64,000 nt of DNA from Octopus vulgaris (Eukaryota). Below the pieces are notes generated by a model, which was given only the letters and a program-made list of their open reading frames with translations, made no database searches and was not told the origin of the DNA. Below, one piece after another: positions 63,103-64,000 of the stretch (position 1 is the first letter of the stretch; each line of letters begins with the position of its first letter). The position numbers were made by a program, and so were the translations under genes. The stretch covers positions 174,158,001-174,222,000 of the forward strand of contig OX597814.1 of NCBI GenBank assembly GCA_951406725.2, written 5' to 3'.

Positions 63103-64000
63103 TTCCTGGTTATGCCCCAACCAGGAATGTACAAGTATATATGCTTCTATATTTCTGGTAAAACGAGGTAAAAGTAGAACAATTCAATTTCCTTTTTAGG
63201 ATGTGTTTTGTTTTCCGTAATGAACTACTATTCGATAATGTGTGTGTGTGTGTGTGTGCATGCGTGTGTGCGCGTGCGTACGTGTATGCTCTCATTTTAC
63301 CTTGACTTACAACGAATAGAATTGTGCCTCTGTGGCTATATGTAACTTCCTCCTAGTTTACAAAACTCGCATATAGTAAATTGTAGATGAATGCTAAAAA
63401 AATTATCGGGAAAAGGAAAAAACCGGGAAAACCCGTTTTCCCTTAGTGCTTTATGGAAAACATCATTTCTATTATTGACAGAATTTCTGGTCAAGGGGGG
63501 TAACTCTTCAAGTGACAATCGACTTTTTTTTCTTACTTTCCCTTTCGTTTGTATATACTTATGTGCGTGCATGTCGCAAGTCTGTTCTCCAGCCACATGG
63601 TTTTGCTTTCACTTCCATTGCTTTGCATCTTGGACAAGTATCTTCTTTTATAGCCTCGAACCAACCAAAGCTTTGTGAGTGAATTTGGTAAATGGAAAAT
63701 GAAACAAGCTAATCGCATGTGTGTGTGTGAGGGAAGGATTTTGGACTTTGTTGGTTTGTTAAAGTATTACTTATAATAACAAAAATCATGATGATATAGA
63801 TATATGCTCCTCAAACAGTGTGCTACCCCTCTCACAAAACCCCATTACACATACTCCACGCTCTTTAAACAACTATATCAATGAAGTTGTAACTTGTTAA
63901 GGAGAAGGCTTGTTTTATGTATATGAAAATAATTTATGGCGATCTTTCGTCTCTGGTAGACCTTTCCGTCGATTTCCGTAAAAAAATTTTTTTTTTAGAT

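Overview
AT-rich, repeat-dense eukaryotic DNA. The SINE/LINE families suggest an octopod cephalopod (Octopus); this is inferred from repeat recognition only. One complete minus-strand gene fills most of the window: the ASPM/Asp (abnormal spindle, microcephaly) orthologue. I reconstructed it by hand as 25 phase-compatible coding exons from ATG 56389 to TAA 3822 (9672 nt, ~3223 aa), with an ASH domain, a disordered S/T/P region, two CH domains, an IQ array and an ARM/HEAT-like C-terminus. The most unusual part is a 2712-nt symmetric exon (904 aa, acidic, no canonical IQ motif) between the first IQ and the IQ array. It carries a ~44-unit 33/36-bp coding minisatellite ([11 protein letters not shown]). 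Other points of note: a GC-AG intron, a probable 3'UTR intron whose terminal exon is built from tandem acceptor-like repeats, a CCAAT plus CDE/CHR promoter, two candidate cassette exons and a possible divergent spliced transcript. Introns hold CORE-like SINEs, RTE, CR1 and R4-like LINE fragments, a Gypsy remnant, and mariner, hAT and piggyBac-type MITEs. TE boundaries are approximate unless a TSD or TIR is quoted.
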